From Parcubacteria group bacterium (GTDB lineage: Bacteria; Patescibacteriota; Minisyncoccia; Moranbacterales; UBA9337): a stretch of DNA of 64,000 bases. The stretch is taken from positions 11,714 to 75,713 of the forward strand of contig JBAZSW010000001.1 in the NCBI GenBank assembly GCA_041662245.1, given 5' to 3'. Both the position numbers and the translations under genes were made by a program. The notes beneath the pieces are model-generated. The model saw only the letters and a program-made list of their open reading frames with translations. It was not told the DNA's origin and made no database searches. Below, piece by piece: positions 32,573 through 42,746 of the stretch (the first letter of the stretch is position 1; every line of letters begins with the position of its first letter).

Positions 32573-33847
32573 ATGAAAAAATTAATTCCTCAAAGTTTTA
32601 AAAATATTTATCATCTGTGCCAAGCTGTCTGGGCTAACATTTGCTTTGGTTTTCCAAGCAGAAAAATAAAGATTATTGGGATAACTGGCACTAACGGCAA
32701 AACTACCACAACTCAATTGGTGACTAAAATTTTAGAGGAAGCGGGATATAAAGTGGCGATGGCTTCGACAATTAATTTTAAATTAGCCGATGAAGAATGG
32801 ATAAATAAAACTAAATTTACTACCCTGTCAGCTTGGCAGGTGCAAAAATTTATTAAAAAAGCAGTAGATAAAAAATGTGATTATTTAGTTTTGGAAACAT
32901 CTTCTCATTCTCTAGATCAATATCGAGTGTGGGGAGTGGATTATGATGGGGCTGTCATAACTAATGTAACTAGAGAACATTTGGATTACCATAAGACAAT
33001 GGAGGTTTATAGAGAGGCCAAATTAAAATTATTTCAAAAATCCAAAAGAATTATAATTAATTTGGATATGGAAAACCCTCAAGAATTTTATAATTTTCAG
33101 GGTAAAGAAATGATTTATGGTTACACTACCAAAAATGAAATTGTAGATAAGGAAAACTTGGTGGTGATTAGAGCTAAAAATATTGAAATGTTTACTAAGT
33201 CCTCTACTTTTAAAGTAGATGATGATGAGTTTGTTTTAAATTTGCCAGGAAAATTTAATATCGAGAATGCCTTAGCGGCAATTTGTGTGGGAATTGTTGA
33301 AGGAATAGATAACAAGATAATTAAAAAAGCTCTAGAAAAAATTGCTAATATTTCAGGGAGAATGGAGTATATTGCCAATGACAAGGATCTCAACATCGTT
33401 GTAGATTATGCGGTCACTCCTGATTCATTGGAAAAACTCTATGATTTGGTTAAAACGATTAATAAAGACAATAAAAAAGTTATTGCAGTTTTTGGTTCTT
33501 GCGGAGAGAGGGATAGAGGAAAAAGACCAATAATGGGAGAAATTGTTTCTAAAAATGCAGATATTGTCATTGTAACTAACGAAGATCCTTATAACGAAAA
33601 CCCAATGCAGATAATAGATGAAGTAGCTAGCGGGATAAAAAATAAAATAGAAGGCAAGGATTTTTATAAAATATTCGATAGACGAGAGGCTATTAATAAA
33701 TCCTTGAATTTGGCCAATCAAGGTGATTTTGTGATTGTAACAGGTAAGGGCGCTGAAGAAACGATGGCAATCGGAGAAAAAAGAATTCCATGGAATGACA
33801 AACAAGTGATTTTGGAAGAATTAAAAAATATTAAAATTGTTGATTAA
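32573..33847 (+). CDS. murE: UDP-N-acetylmuramyl-tripeptide synthetase
   Basis: GITGTNGKTTT, ETSSH, TNVTREHLDYH, VFGSCGERD and GKG motifs. Confidence 0.9.
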   Translation: MKKLIPQSFKNIYHLCQAVWANICFGFPSRKIKIIGITGTNGKTTTTQLVTKILEEAGYKVAMASTINFKLADEEWINKTKFTTLSAWQVQKFIKKAVDKKCDYLVLETSSHSLDQYRVWGVDYDGAVITNVTREHLDYHKTMEVYREAKLKLFQKSKRIIINLDMENPQEFYNFQGKEMIYGYTTKNEIVDKENLVVIRAKNIEMFTKSSTFKVDDDEFVLNLPGKFNIENALAAICVGIVEGIDNKIIKKALEKIANISGRMEYIANDKDLNIVVDYAVTPDSLEKLYDLVKTINKDNKKVIAVFGSCGERDRGKRPIMGEIVSKNADIVIVTNEDPYNENPMQIIDEVASGIKNKIEGKDFYKIFDRREAINKSLNLANQGDFVIVTGKGAEETMAIGEKRIPWNDKQVILEELKNIKIVD

Positions 33848-34047
33848 CGCTAGATGGGTCAGAATAATTATGTTGAATTTAAAAACTCGGTTTTTTCCGA
33901 GTTTTTTTGATGCGATATGTGGAATTTGTGTTTAATTCTAATTTTTTTTCTTGACTTTTAGTTTTATGATTGCTAGTTTTAAAGTAGTTTTTTAAGAAGA
34001 ATGGGATTTTTCTGCGTTTAGTATAAAAATATTATAGGGAGGGTTAA

Positions 34048-34626
34048 ATGAAAAAAGAGATATTCGATGCCAAGGGAAGAATTAAGAGAGAATTTTCGGG
34101 GAATGTGATTGTCTATTTAAGCTCTCTTACCAAACAAGGAAATCAAAAAGGAGTGGGGGATGCTTTTGAGATCAGTAGCGGGTCAGTTAGCCAGATGAAA
34201 GTGGAAGCGGGTCGTATGTACATAGGTAGAAAACATCTGGAAAAATTTGCACAAAAAATTGGCGTAAGTATCGAAGAGCTTATTGAAGACATAACTAACA
34301 ATTTGTTTTTGTCACCAACTCAAGAATGTCCCAGAAAAAATAATAAAAGAAATAAGTGCAACAAACATGAGGTGTGGAATATCGCGCTAGTAGATAGAGA
34401 GCCCTTTTTGGCTAGCTTAAAAAAGTCGATAGGTGGATTTGATGTCGAATCCTCATTCATAATGGAACTTAACAAAAATCCCATTTGGGTAGGAATTAAC
34501 AATGTGGCTAAGTTTGATCAAACGGGACTTTTCCCGTCTTGGTGGCTTGGGCTCATCAAAGACAAAGAAGTGAGACAGAGAGTTGTTAGTTGCTTTCAAT
34601 GTTGTCTCAAAAATAATGTACGATAA
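34048..34626 (+). CDS. Hypothetical protein with XRE-like HTH
   Basis: QKGVGDAFEISSGSVSQMK..LEKFAQKIGVSIEELI; own promoter, SD and terminator. Confidence 0.6.
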   Translation: MKKEIFDAKGRIKREFSGNVIVYLSSLTKQGNQKGVGDAFEISSGSVSQMKVEAGRMYIGRKHLEKFAQKIGVSIEELIEDITNNLFLSPTQECPRKNNKRNKCNKHEVWNIALVDREPFLASLKKSIGGFDVESSFIMELNKNPIWVGINNVAKFDQTGLFPSWWLGLIKDKEVRQRVVSCFQCCLKNNVR

Positions 34627-34768
34627 TAGTCATGAAGATAAACTCGGTAGCCATAAGCCAATGGTTGCCGAGTTTTTTAAAATATAAATTATTTCTGCTG
34701 ATAATTAAATTTGACTTTGTGCTGTCGAAGGTATATTATTTAATGTTGTAAAATTAATTTCAAATGAT

Positions 34769-35284
34769 ATGTCTCTAGAGTCAATAGAAAAACATATTCA
34801 AAAAATTGGGAGAAAGAGATCTGATCTGTTTATCCAATCTTTGCAATTTATCGTTGGATATCAAAGAAATTTTCATATTTACTATTTGGTGGCAATATTT
34901 GTGTCCCTAACTGTGATAATGGCAGATATTACCCTGTTTTTCAGTTTTGAATCTAATCTCTTTGTTAAAATAAGTTTATTTTTCACAACTGTTTCTTTTT
35001 TATTTTCTCTAATTAATTATCTTAATTCTTTAGAAAGAAGTGCTGAAAAAATGGGTGATATTTTTGATAACTTAGATTTTGAATATAAGCAGGAAGCCAA
35101 AATTTTAAGTGATTTTTTTGGAGGGAAAATAGTTGAAAAAGATGTACGAGATTTTTATTTAAGCAGTAAGATAGTTGTAGATAAAAAATATTTTAGCAAT
35201 AACTATGAGATCATCTGGCGTTGGATAAATTTAATCTTGATAGCGTTAGCTGTAATATTTATGCTTTTTAATTTTATCGAATAA
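34769..35284 (+). CDS. Hypothetical membrane protein
   Basis: Three hydrophobic segments. Confidence 0.65.
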   Translation: MSLESIEKHIQKIGRKRSDLFIQSLQFIVGYQRNFHIYYLVAIFVSLTVIMADITLFFSFESNLFVKISLFFTTVSFLFSLINYLNSLERSAEKMGDIFDNLDFEYKQEAKILSDFFGGKIVEKDVRDFYLSSKIVVDKKYFSNNYEIIWRWINLILIALAVIFMLFNFIE

Positions 35285-35330
35285 AAAACTCCTTAGATTT
35301 TAAGGAATTTTTGTTATGGTAGAGTATCTC

Positions 35331-35777
35331 CTAGAGTATCTTAATTAGAAAAATTGTAAATGTGAATCCCACAATTCCTCCGGCAATCACTTCGCTCATG
35401 CGGTGGCCCATCCTTTCTTTCAATTCGGGATATTTTTCATTGTCCATTTCAAGTTTGTTTTTAATGAAATTGAGATACTCGCTGTGGGTTCCCATGTAAA
35501 CTCTCAGTCGGGTAGCGTCATCGACTACAATAATGGCCATAATCACCGCCAGAGCAAAAGCTCCTGAAGTTATGCCTGCATAATGTCCGATGGAAGTAAC
35601 CATCGAAGTCATCAGGGCAGTATGAACACTGGGCATATGACCATAGCTCATAGCATGTTTTTTAGTATAAGCAAAATCTCTATTGTGGTTAAAATAAAAT
35701 ATGAGAAATTTCAAAACTCGGGTGAGAAGTAATACGACTAAAGGTATGATAAAAATATTATATTGTCCGAAAGGCAT
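35331..35777 (-). CDS. Divergent PAP2 (DUF212) family protein
   Basis: GHMPSVHTA, DDATRLR and LKERMGH..EVIAG motifs. Confidence 0.88.
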   Translation of the reverse strand: MPFGQYNIFIIPLVVLLLTRVLKFLIFYFNHNRDFAYTKKHAMSYGHMPSVHTALMTSMVTSIGHYAGITSGAFALAVIMAIIVVDDATRLRVYMGTHSEYLNFIKNKLEMDNEKYPELKERMGHRMSEVIAGGIVGFTFTIFLIKIL

Positions 35778-35940
35778 ATTTTTTATTTTTTAGAGCTTAA
35801 TGCTTAAATCATAGCATAAATTAGCAAATTATAAAAATTAAACTTGCTGATAGTTATAGAAGTGATATAATTAAAGGGGTAATTAATAAATGATGAATAT
35901 TTTTATTTCTTTGAATAAATAAAAATAAACATAAAAAAGT

Positions 35941-36504
35941 ATGATAATTTTAGTGATTTTGCTGGTGATTATTGCGATAGGGGTTATTTGGGTCATCTCT
36001 ATCTATAATGGTTTAATTAAGCTAAAAAATAGAGTGGATGAGGCTTGGAGCGATATTGATGTGCAATTGAAAAGAAGATATGATTTGATTCCCAATCTAG
36101 TGAATACCGTAAAAGGTTATGCAGCTCATGAAAGCGGCACTTTTGAAAAGGTTACTGAAGCTCGAAATAAAGCTATGCAAGCTCAAGCTACAGGAGATGC
36201 TAAATCTCAAGCTGAGGCGGAGAATATGCTTTCAGGAACATTGAAATCAATTTTTGCATTAGCAGAGAATTATCCTGAATTGAAAGCTAATCAAAACTTT
36301 TTAGAGTTGCAGAGAGAGTTGAGTGATACAGAAGATAAAATTCAAGCTTCTCGAAGATTTTACAATGGTAATGTGCGTGATTTCAATATTAAAATTGAAC
36401 TTTTCCCCAATAATGTTTTTGCGGGAATGTTAAACTTTACAAAAAGAGAATTTTTTGAAGTAGCGAATGAATCAGAAAAAGAAGCTGTTAAAGTAGAATT
36501 TTAG
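35941..36504 (+). CDS. lemA: LemA family protein
   Basis: WSDIDVQLKRRYDLIPNLV and ENYPELKAN motifs. Confidence 0.95.
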   Translation: MIILVILLVIIAIGVIWVISIYNGLIKLKNRVDEAWSDIDVQLKRRYDLIPNLVNTVKGYAAHESGTFEKVTEARNKAMQAQATGDAKSQAEAENMLSGTLKSIFALAENYPELKANQNFLELQRELSDTEDKIQASRRFYNGNVRDFNIKIELFPNNVFAGMLNFTKREFFEVANESEKEAVKVEF

Positions 36505-36615
36505 GATTTCTTTATTAATTACGAATTTTTACAAATATACAAAATATTAAAGGGTTTGTAATGCTTATAAAGTAGCAAGTATTATTCATAATTCTTAATT
36601 CATCCTATCAACGCT

Positions 36616-37509
36616 ATGTCCACTTTATATACACAAGCTGATAAAAATAAACGATTAACTTGGATTTACATTTCAGGTTTTTTGGTTTTTGTAATTGGAG
36701 TGGGTTATGTTTTTGCTGGAGCAATAGGCAATAGCTGGATTTTATACGGAGCAGTAATTTTTTCTATTTTGATGAGCTTTGGCTCATATTGGTGGAGTGA
36801 TAAGATCGTATTGGGAATGAGTGGAGCCAAGGAAGTCACTCACGAAAATGCCAAAGAAGTTTTTCATTTAGTAGAAAATCTTTGTATTACGGCTGGTTTG
36901 CCTGTCCCCAAAATTTATATTATTGAAGATAGCGCTCCCAATGCTTTTGCGACAGGTAGAGACCCTGAGCATGGTGTAATTTGCTTTACTACAGGAATAA
37001 TCGCCAAACTGGAAAAGGCCGAGCTGGAAGGAGTAATCGCTCATGAATTATCCCATATCGGCAATCGAGATATTTTACTTTCTACGGTGGTAGTTGTTTT
37101 AGTTGGATTTGTAACACTTCTTGCTGATTGGTTTCGACATTGGGCTTTTTGGGGAGGTAGAGGAAATAACAATAATGAAGGCGGACAGTTAAGATTAATT
37201 TTAATAATATTGGCTGTGATTCTTTCAATTTTAGCTCCTTTTGCAGCGATGTTGATGCAATTAGCCATTTCTCGAAAAAGAGAATTTTTAGCTGATGCTG
37301 ATGGAGCATTACTTACCCGTTATCCCGAAGGATTAGCAAGAGCACTGGAAAAAATATCGGCTGATAGTGAACCATTAGAAGCAGCGAATCGTGCTACAGC
37401 TCACCTTTATATCGCTAATCCTTTTAAAGGAAAAAAGGTTTCCAAATTATTTATGACCCATCCACCAATAACAGAGAGGGTGGCAAGATTAAGAGATTTA
37501 AATATTTAA
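36616..37509 (+). CDS. htpX: Zn metalloprotease HtpX (M48)
   Basis: PNAFATG, AHELSH, SRKREFLAD and THPP motifs. Confidence 0.95.
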   Translation: MSTLYTQADKNKRLTWIYISGFLVFVIGVGYVFAGAIGNSWILYGAVIFSILMSFGSYWWSDKIVLGMSGAKEVTHENAKEVFHLVENLCITAGLPVPKIYIIEDSAPNAFATGRDPEHGVICFTTGIIAKLEKAELEGVIAHELSHIGNRDILLSTVVVVLVGFVTLLADWFRHWAFWGGRGNNNNEGGQLRLILIILAVILSILAPFAAMLMQLAISRKREFLADADGALLTRYPEGLARALEKISADSEPLEAANRATAHLYIANPFKGKKVSKLFMTHPPITERVARLRDLNI

Positions 37510-37513
37510 AAAT

Positions 37514-38017
37514 ATGATTGAAAATGAACTAATTTTTACTACTCCAGATAGATTGCCTCGAGATAGATTCGTTTTTCCGGAAGTGTTGGTGGGGATATTT
37601 AAGGATAATGATGCAATTGTAGAGGCGATAGAAACTGAAATAAGGAAAAGAATTCAAGAAAGTACAATTAATAATTTTACCAGTGAGGTTGTTTTGAAAA
37701 ACGTTATAGGACCATTTTTTATTGATCTAAATAATGAAGAAAAAAAGATTTTATTGAGCATAGTTGATGAAATAAAGGATAAAAAAATAGAAAAAGAAGA
37801 AAAAGATATTTCCAACAAGGCTGTTCCTAAAAAGACATTATCTAATAATGATTTGCAAGAGGCTATTGCTGGTGCAACTAATTTTTTAAGTGAAGAAGCT
37901 AAAAGGGCAGGAAATGTTTCCGAGGTTAAGCGCACTTTTAAGGGCAGTATAATCTTTGATGGGGATCATGCTGGTCACGAAAGAGATATTGCAGAGATTG
38001 ATGATATAGAAGATTAA
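37514..38017 (+). CDS. Hypothetical protein
   Basis: 167-aa ORF following htpX. Confidence 0.6.
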   Translation: MIENELIFTTPDRLPRDRFVFPEVLVGIFKDNDAIVEAIETEIRKRIQESTINNFTSEVVLKNVIGPFFIDLNNEEKKILLSIVDEIKDKKIEKEEKDISNKAVPKKTLSNNDLQEAIAGATNFLSEEAKRAGNVSEVKRTFKGSIIFDGDHAGHERDIAEIDDIED

Positions 38018-38039
38018 TTCTTTTTTAAGAAGAATCCGT

Positions 38040-38474
38040 ATGAGTTTTGGAAATTTTAATCCTCCCAAAAATTGTAGCAAATATTATTGGACCAGACACA
38101 GTATCGGAAAAATGATGCAATATGGACTTAGTGCTCAGAGGGTTACTCGGGTAATCAGAAGTTTTCAACGAATAGAAGAAGGAATTGCTAAAAATACTGT
38201 TGCTGTAATGCAACCCAATTCGATTAAGATAGACAAAGAAGGTAAAAAGAAGTGGAGTCAGGAGATTTGGGTGATGTACCAAAAATCAGTTAAAAATTCA
38301 AAGTGCAAAATTAAAAGTGATAATAAAGATAACAAAGAAATTTCGAATTTGAAGCAAATCATTTTTGGGAGTAATCAATTGAAAATAATAAGTGTTTGGC
38401 GGTACCCTGGAGTGAGTCCAAAAAATAATCCAATCCCGAGTGAAATTTTGGATGAAATTGAGGAATTATTATAA
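38040..38474 (+). CDS. Hypothetical protein (WTxH..WRYPG type)
   Basis: WTRHSIGKM, EEGIA, EIWVMYQ and ISVWRYPG, with a Lys-rich low-complexity insert. Confidence 0.7.
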   Translation: MSFGNFNPPKNCSKYYWTRHSIGKMMQYGLSAQRVTRVIRSFQRIEEGIAKNTVAVMQPNSIKIDKEGKKKWSQEIWVMYQKSVKNSKCKIKSDNKDNKEISNLKQIIFGSNQLKIISVWRYPGVSPKNNPIPSEILDEIEELL

Positions 38475-38520
38475 TTTTATATTCAAACAAAAAACAGCTC
38501 AAAAGCTGTTTTTTTAAATG

Positions 38521-38592
38521 TAGCCCTAAGGGGAATCGAACCCCTGTTTACAGGATGAAAACCTGCTGTCCTAACCACTAGACGATAGGGCC
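38521..38592 (-). tRNA. tRNA-Glu(TTC)
   Basis: GGCCCTA..GCAGG TT TTC AT CCTGT..GGTTCGATTCC; CCA not encoded. Confidence 0.95.
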
Positions 38593-38870
38593 ATAAAACA
38601 AAAAGAAATAATATTGATTTGAAGAATAATCTCTAAAATACTAAACAAATCAAAATATCATTTCAACGAATATTATAATATCATTTAAATTAATTTTAAT
38701 CAAGTCCTTTCTATTTTTTGGTTTTTAAAGATTGAAAATTGATTAAAAATTCTAAATTTAAAATTAGAGAGACTTTTTCATCTTCTTGCTTTTTAGTTAA
38801 AAATAGTGTATAATGATTCTAGGTAAATAAACGGGTGTAAATTCCCGTTTTTTATATTTTAAGCCTAAAT

Positions 38871-39530
38871 ATGGATAAAATAAGCCAAAAATACAACAAA
38901 ATAAAGGAAAAGGTTGCCAAATCCAGTATTGGTTGTGTTGATTTTTGTGATCAGAAGTTTAAGAATATAGTTGATTTTGAAAAAAATCATCTAAAGAATA
39001 CTTTATTAGTTATTTTGGTAACTTTTCTATCTATTTTTACTTATTTATCAATTAAATCATTAGATAATATTCAATATTCAACAGCGGAAATTAAGACAGC
39101 CAGTTTACCTAAAAGAAATATTGAGTTGGAAAATAGAATCAAAAAAGCAACGGCTGGTTTTCCTATTGAAAACATGACACGTCTTATCGCCAAAGAGGAC
39201 GAACAGACAGCCGCTTTTATTGTGGCGATTGCCAAAAAGGAAAGTAACTGGGGAAAGAGAACTCCCAAACTTAACGGTGAAGAATGCAATAATCTTTGGG
39301 GATTTCGTCAAAAAAGAGAGAGAATGGGAAGCGGGGGGCATACTTGTTTTAATAATCAGGAGGAGGCAGTGGAATCTGTGGCAGCTAGAATAAATGAATT
39401 AATTGATGCAGGTATCGATACTCCAGAAAAAATGGTAGTTTGGAAGTGTGGCTATAGTTGTGACGGGCAAAATGAAGAGAGTGTAAATAAATGGATTGCT
39501 GATGTTAAATATTATTATAATAAATTTTAA
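38871..39530 (+). CDS. Membrane-anchored lysozyme-like/glucosaminidase-like protein
   Basis: TM followed by IVAIAKKESNWG..NLWG. Confidence 0.65.
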   Translation: MDKISQKYNKIKEKVAKSSIGCVDFCDQKFKNIVDFEKNHLKNTLLVILVTFLSIFTYLSIKSLDNIQYSTAEIKTASLPKRNIELENRIKKATAGFPIENMTRLIAKEDEQTAAFIVAIAKKESNWGKRTPKLNGEECNNLWGFRQKRERMGSGGHTCFNNQEEAVESVAARINELIDAGIDTPEKMVVWKCGYSCDGQNEESVNKWIADVKYYYNKF

Positions 39531-39543
39531 TTCTAACAAAAAA

Positions 39544-40536
39544 ATGAAAAATAAAATAGAATATTTTCAAATAATAAAAGATGCAATGAACTTGACCAAA
39601 GAAAATAAATTTCTTTGGTGGTTTGGTCTTTTGTCTATGTTTGGGGGGATGAGCGGATCTTTTAGCTATAATTTTCCCAATAACTCGTCTAAAGATAAAA
39701 ATTTTGATGAAATGGCTTATATGAATATAGTAAGAAAAGCCTCTTTCTATTGGGAGCATTATCAGGAGTGGATAATACTCGGGATAATTTTACTGGCAAT
39801 TATCTTTATTGGCTTATATTTTCTAGGAATAATCGGAAGAGGAGCCTTGATTGATTCAACTTTTAAGATTAATAAAAAAGAAAATGTAAATTTTTCTTCG
39901 GGCTTTAAGAGGGGGATATATTTTTTTAAAAGGTTATTTTTAGTAGATATGTTATTTTTTATTGCCCTGATAGTCTCAATGTTCATATTGATCTTCCCGA
40001 TAGTAAGACTTTTTATATTAAAATCTTACAGTATTGCTTTTTCTATGGGATTAGTTGCTTTTATGCTATTAATCTCAATTTTTATTTTATTCTTTTATTT
40101 AAAAAAATATACGCAGATGTATATAATCAGCAGTGATTTGAATATTGCAAATTCTATAAAATTGTCTTATCGACTTTTTGAAAAAAATATTAAAGAAAGT
40201 TTTATTATGAGTTTGGTTGTGGTGGCAGTTAATATGGTTATCAGTATGGGATTATTTTTTGCGTTGCTAGTGGCTATTATCCCCATTGGAGTTTTAGGGG
40301 CAATCATCTATGGATTAGTCGGGAAATTATTGTTGATTATCTTTGCCTGCTTGTTTTTTTTGATATTAATAGGCGGATTGATTTTTGTTAGTTCAATTTT
40401 AAATGTGTTTTTCCAATCAATCTGGGTATTGTTTTTTGTTGAAATTGCCAAACAAAAAGAGATTGATGGCAGTTTGCTAGCTGAAAATAATCCAATTGAA
40501 TTGATAAATAAAAAAGAAATTGAATCGAGCGTATAG
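39544..40536 (+). CDS. Multi-pass membrane protein
   Basis: KFLWWFG and about six TM segments; ATG at 39544. Confidence 0.75.
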   Translation: MKNKIEYFQIIKDAMNLTKENKFLWWFGLLSMFGGMSGSFSYNFPNNSSKDKNFDEMAYMNIVRKASFYWEHYQEWIILGIILLAIIFIGLYFLGIIGRGALIDSTFKINKKENVNFSSGFKRGIYFFKRLFLVDMLFFIALIVSMFILIFPIVRLFILKSYSIAFSMGLVAFMLLISIFILFFYLKKYTQMYIISSDLNIANSIKLSYRLFEKNIKESFIMSLVVVAVNMVISMGLFFALLVAIIPIGVLGAIIYGLVGKLLLIIFACLFFLILIGGLIFVSSILNVFFQSIWVLFFVEIAKQKEIDGSLLAENNPIELINKKEIESSV

Positions 40537-40617
40537 AATAATGTAAATTAAAATAAATTTTAAAAAATCGTCTAAATATAAAAGACGATTTTTTTATAGA
40601 AAAAAATATGGATAAAA

Positions 40618-41607
40618 TTAATCACAGGTGGAGTTGGATGAGGTTCCGAGAGTTCCTAATCCTGAATTGCCGTTTTTAGTGTTCCCGCTAGAACTGTAAT
40701 TATTTAATTGGTCTTTTAGGCTACTTGAAGACGAATCACATGTATTACTGCTGCTACTTCCACTATTCTTTCTAGCATTACCAATCCCTTGTTTTATGAC
40801 ATTGGAGGCGATTTTTCCGACCACTATTCCTGCTATTTCACCGATATTTCTGGCATTAGCAATGGCGTCATTATCCACGGTATTAGCAGCTACTGTTAAT
40901 CCCTCGATAGTTGATCCGGGAGTAATAACTGTTCCATCATCAGATTTTTTAGCCTTAAATCCACTATAAGCTTGAGCTTGATCGGAAGCTATTTTTTCTT
41001 CTTCGGCTAATTTGTCCATATAAATAGCCTCAGCTTGCAACTCATAGGCAATGGGATTGTTATTGAGTTGCCAAAAAGCATCATAGGCTGCCCAATTGCC
41101 ATCATCAAACATGCTAGCAGCGTCAGAGGCGTATTCTTCATAATCAGATTGCAATTCAGTGTAGTCGGGAGATTCAGTTAAATATTTAGCTCCCTCAGAT
41201 CGCCATTCAGAATAAGAAGAACTACTGCCAGAACTGCTAGTATAAGAACCGCTAGATTGACCTCGATTGGTGAGAGTAAAAAAATCATTCATGTAGAGAT
41301 TTGTATTTTGAGTGGGAGTTTGAAAAAGATAATCTGCCCAATCTTGAACGTAAAGAGCCTCTTCTTGGGCATTTCCTCCCACGAGTCCGTTAATGGTTTC
41401 ACTAATAGTATTAATAGCTTCTTTTTTGAGGGCGCCAATAATAGCTGCTCTAATTTGAATCCACATTTCATTTAGCATTGTTCGCATGAAAGCGTTACCA
41501 ATGTCTGGCCAAGCCACATAAGCTTGAGCCTTATAGCTAGGAACAAAAGAAATAATAGAAACTAAGAGAAGTGTGTGAAATATTATTTTTTTTAATTTGT
41601 TACTCAT
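40618..41607 (-). CDS. Exported hypothetical protein with Ser-rich tracts
   Basis: Signal peptide; overlaps the upstream gene (ATGA). Confidence 0.7.
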   Translation of the reverse strand: MSNKLKKIIFHTLLLVSIISFVPSYKAQAYVAWPDIGNAFMRTMLNEMWIQIRAAIIGALKKEAINTISETINGLVGGNAQEEALYVQDWADYLFQTPTQNTNLYMNDFFTLTNRGQSSGSYTSSSGSSSSYSEWRSEGAKYLTESPDYTELQSDYEEYASDAASMFDDGNWAAYDAFWQLNNNPIAYELQAEAIYMDKLAEEEKIASDQAQAYSGFKAKKSDDGTVITPGSTIEGLTVAANTVDNDAIANARNIGEIAGIVVGKIASNVIKQGIGNARKNSGSSSSNTCDSSSSSLKDQLNNYSSSGNTKNGNSGLGTLGTSSNSTCD

Positions 41608-42611
41608 AGATTAGTAGTTTGTTCTGCCACGAAATTAGTTAGACCTAATTTTTCTAATTCAGTTTCTGTTTCACTTAAATAATCATTGCCTAAAACCATT
41701 AAATTTTCGACTTCAGAAAAGCTGACAATGGAAGCGATGGGGTCATTATTATCTACTTTTACTTTTTCCTTAAGAGATATGGCATAATTAGCTAGTTGCA
41801 GTCCTTTTTTATGTATTTCTAGCATATCTGCAGGAACTTCCAGTTCATTTAATTTTTCTAGCATAGCGCTTCCTCTGTCGGCTAAATCTGTAAAATAGTT
41901 GAGTCCTGAACCATCATCTGAGGAAATGATAGAAGGTATCTTTTTCATTATTTCATCAGAAAATTCTTGAATAGCTTCTTTAGAGTTTACGGAATGGGGA
42001 AGATTATTAGCCATTATGTAAAAAACAGCAGAAAGATACTCTTGATTGTCCTCCTTCAATAATCTTGCTTGTTTGTCTTTTCCATATCCAGAATAATTCT
42101 GAACCTTCATTATTATAGTAGAATCATCAATTTTTGGTAAATCGCTAAAAGAAATATGGCTAGAAATTTTTTCTTCAATTAAATTGTTAATACTATTTAC
42201 ATCAATTCCCTTGGATGAGTCGCTAGAAGAAACCATAGAAGCGATTTGATCGGATATTTCTTCGGTTAAATTTTTTGTTCCCGACAAAGAAGTTTTTAAA
42301 TTGGAATCAGTCGTCAAAGTCGATGTTGCTCCTGTTGTTAATTTATCTCCTGGGGCTGGTTTTGCTGGATCATAGCCACTTTTGACTTCGGCGCCATCAG
42401 AATATCCATCTCCATCAGTATCAGGTTTTTGAGCATCTGTTTTATAGATGATTTCATCTTTGTTGCTTAAACCATCTTGATCAGAATCAAGAAAAATGCT
42501 TTTATCGGTAGAATTTTCTTGTGCTACTAGAGAATAGGAAAAACTAGAAATTAAAAGCAAGAAAAAAACCAAGAAAGTTATTTTTATTTTTTTTACTTTC
42601 ATTAGATGCAT
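41604..42611 (-). CDS. Exported protein with DxDxDG (TSP3-like Ca-binding) repeats
   Basis: DSDQDGLS..DTDGDGYSDGAEV..YDP. Confidence 0.75.
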   Translation of the reverse strand: MHLMKVKKIKITFLVFFLLLISSFSYSLVAQENSTDKSIFLDSDQDGLSNKDEIIYKTDAQKPDTDGDGYSDGAEVKSGYDPAKPAPGDKLTTGATSTLTTDSNLKTSLSGTKNLTEEISDQIASMVSSSDSSKGIDVNSINNLIEEKISSHISFSDLPKIDDSTIIMKVQNYSGYGKDKQARLLKEDNQEYLSAVFYIMANNLPHSVNSKEAIQEFSDEIMKKIPSIISSDDGSGLNYFTDLADRGSAMLEKLNELEVPADMLEIHKKGLQLANYAISLKEKVKVDNNDPIASIVSFSEVENLMVLGNDYLSETETELEKLGLTNFVAEQTTNL

Positions 42612-42746
42612 AATTCTATTTTGTTTTTTTATTTAAATTTAAAGCACAATCTCATAAAAAAATTATAGCATAAAAACACTTGATTTGACAACAGCTTTAA
42701 TGGTATTCTTTTTATTGATTGAGAGTTTTTATTAACCAATAATCCA

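Noticed and set aside
40618-42611. Possible type IV secretion or conjugation components
   Set aside because: No VirB4, VirD4 or VirB6 motifs nearby; nothing beyond exported hypothetical proteins can be supported.
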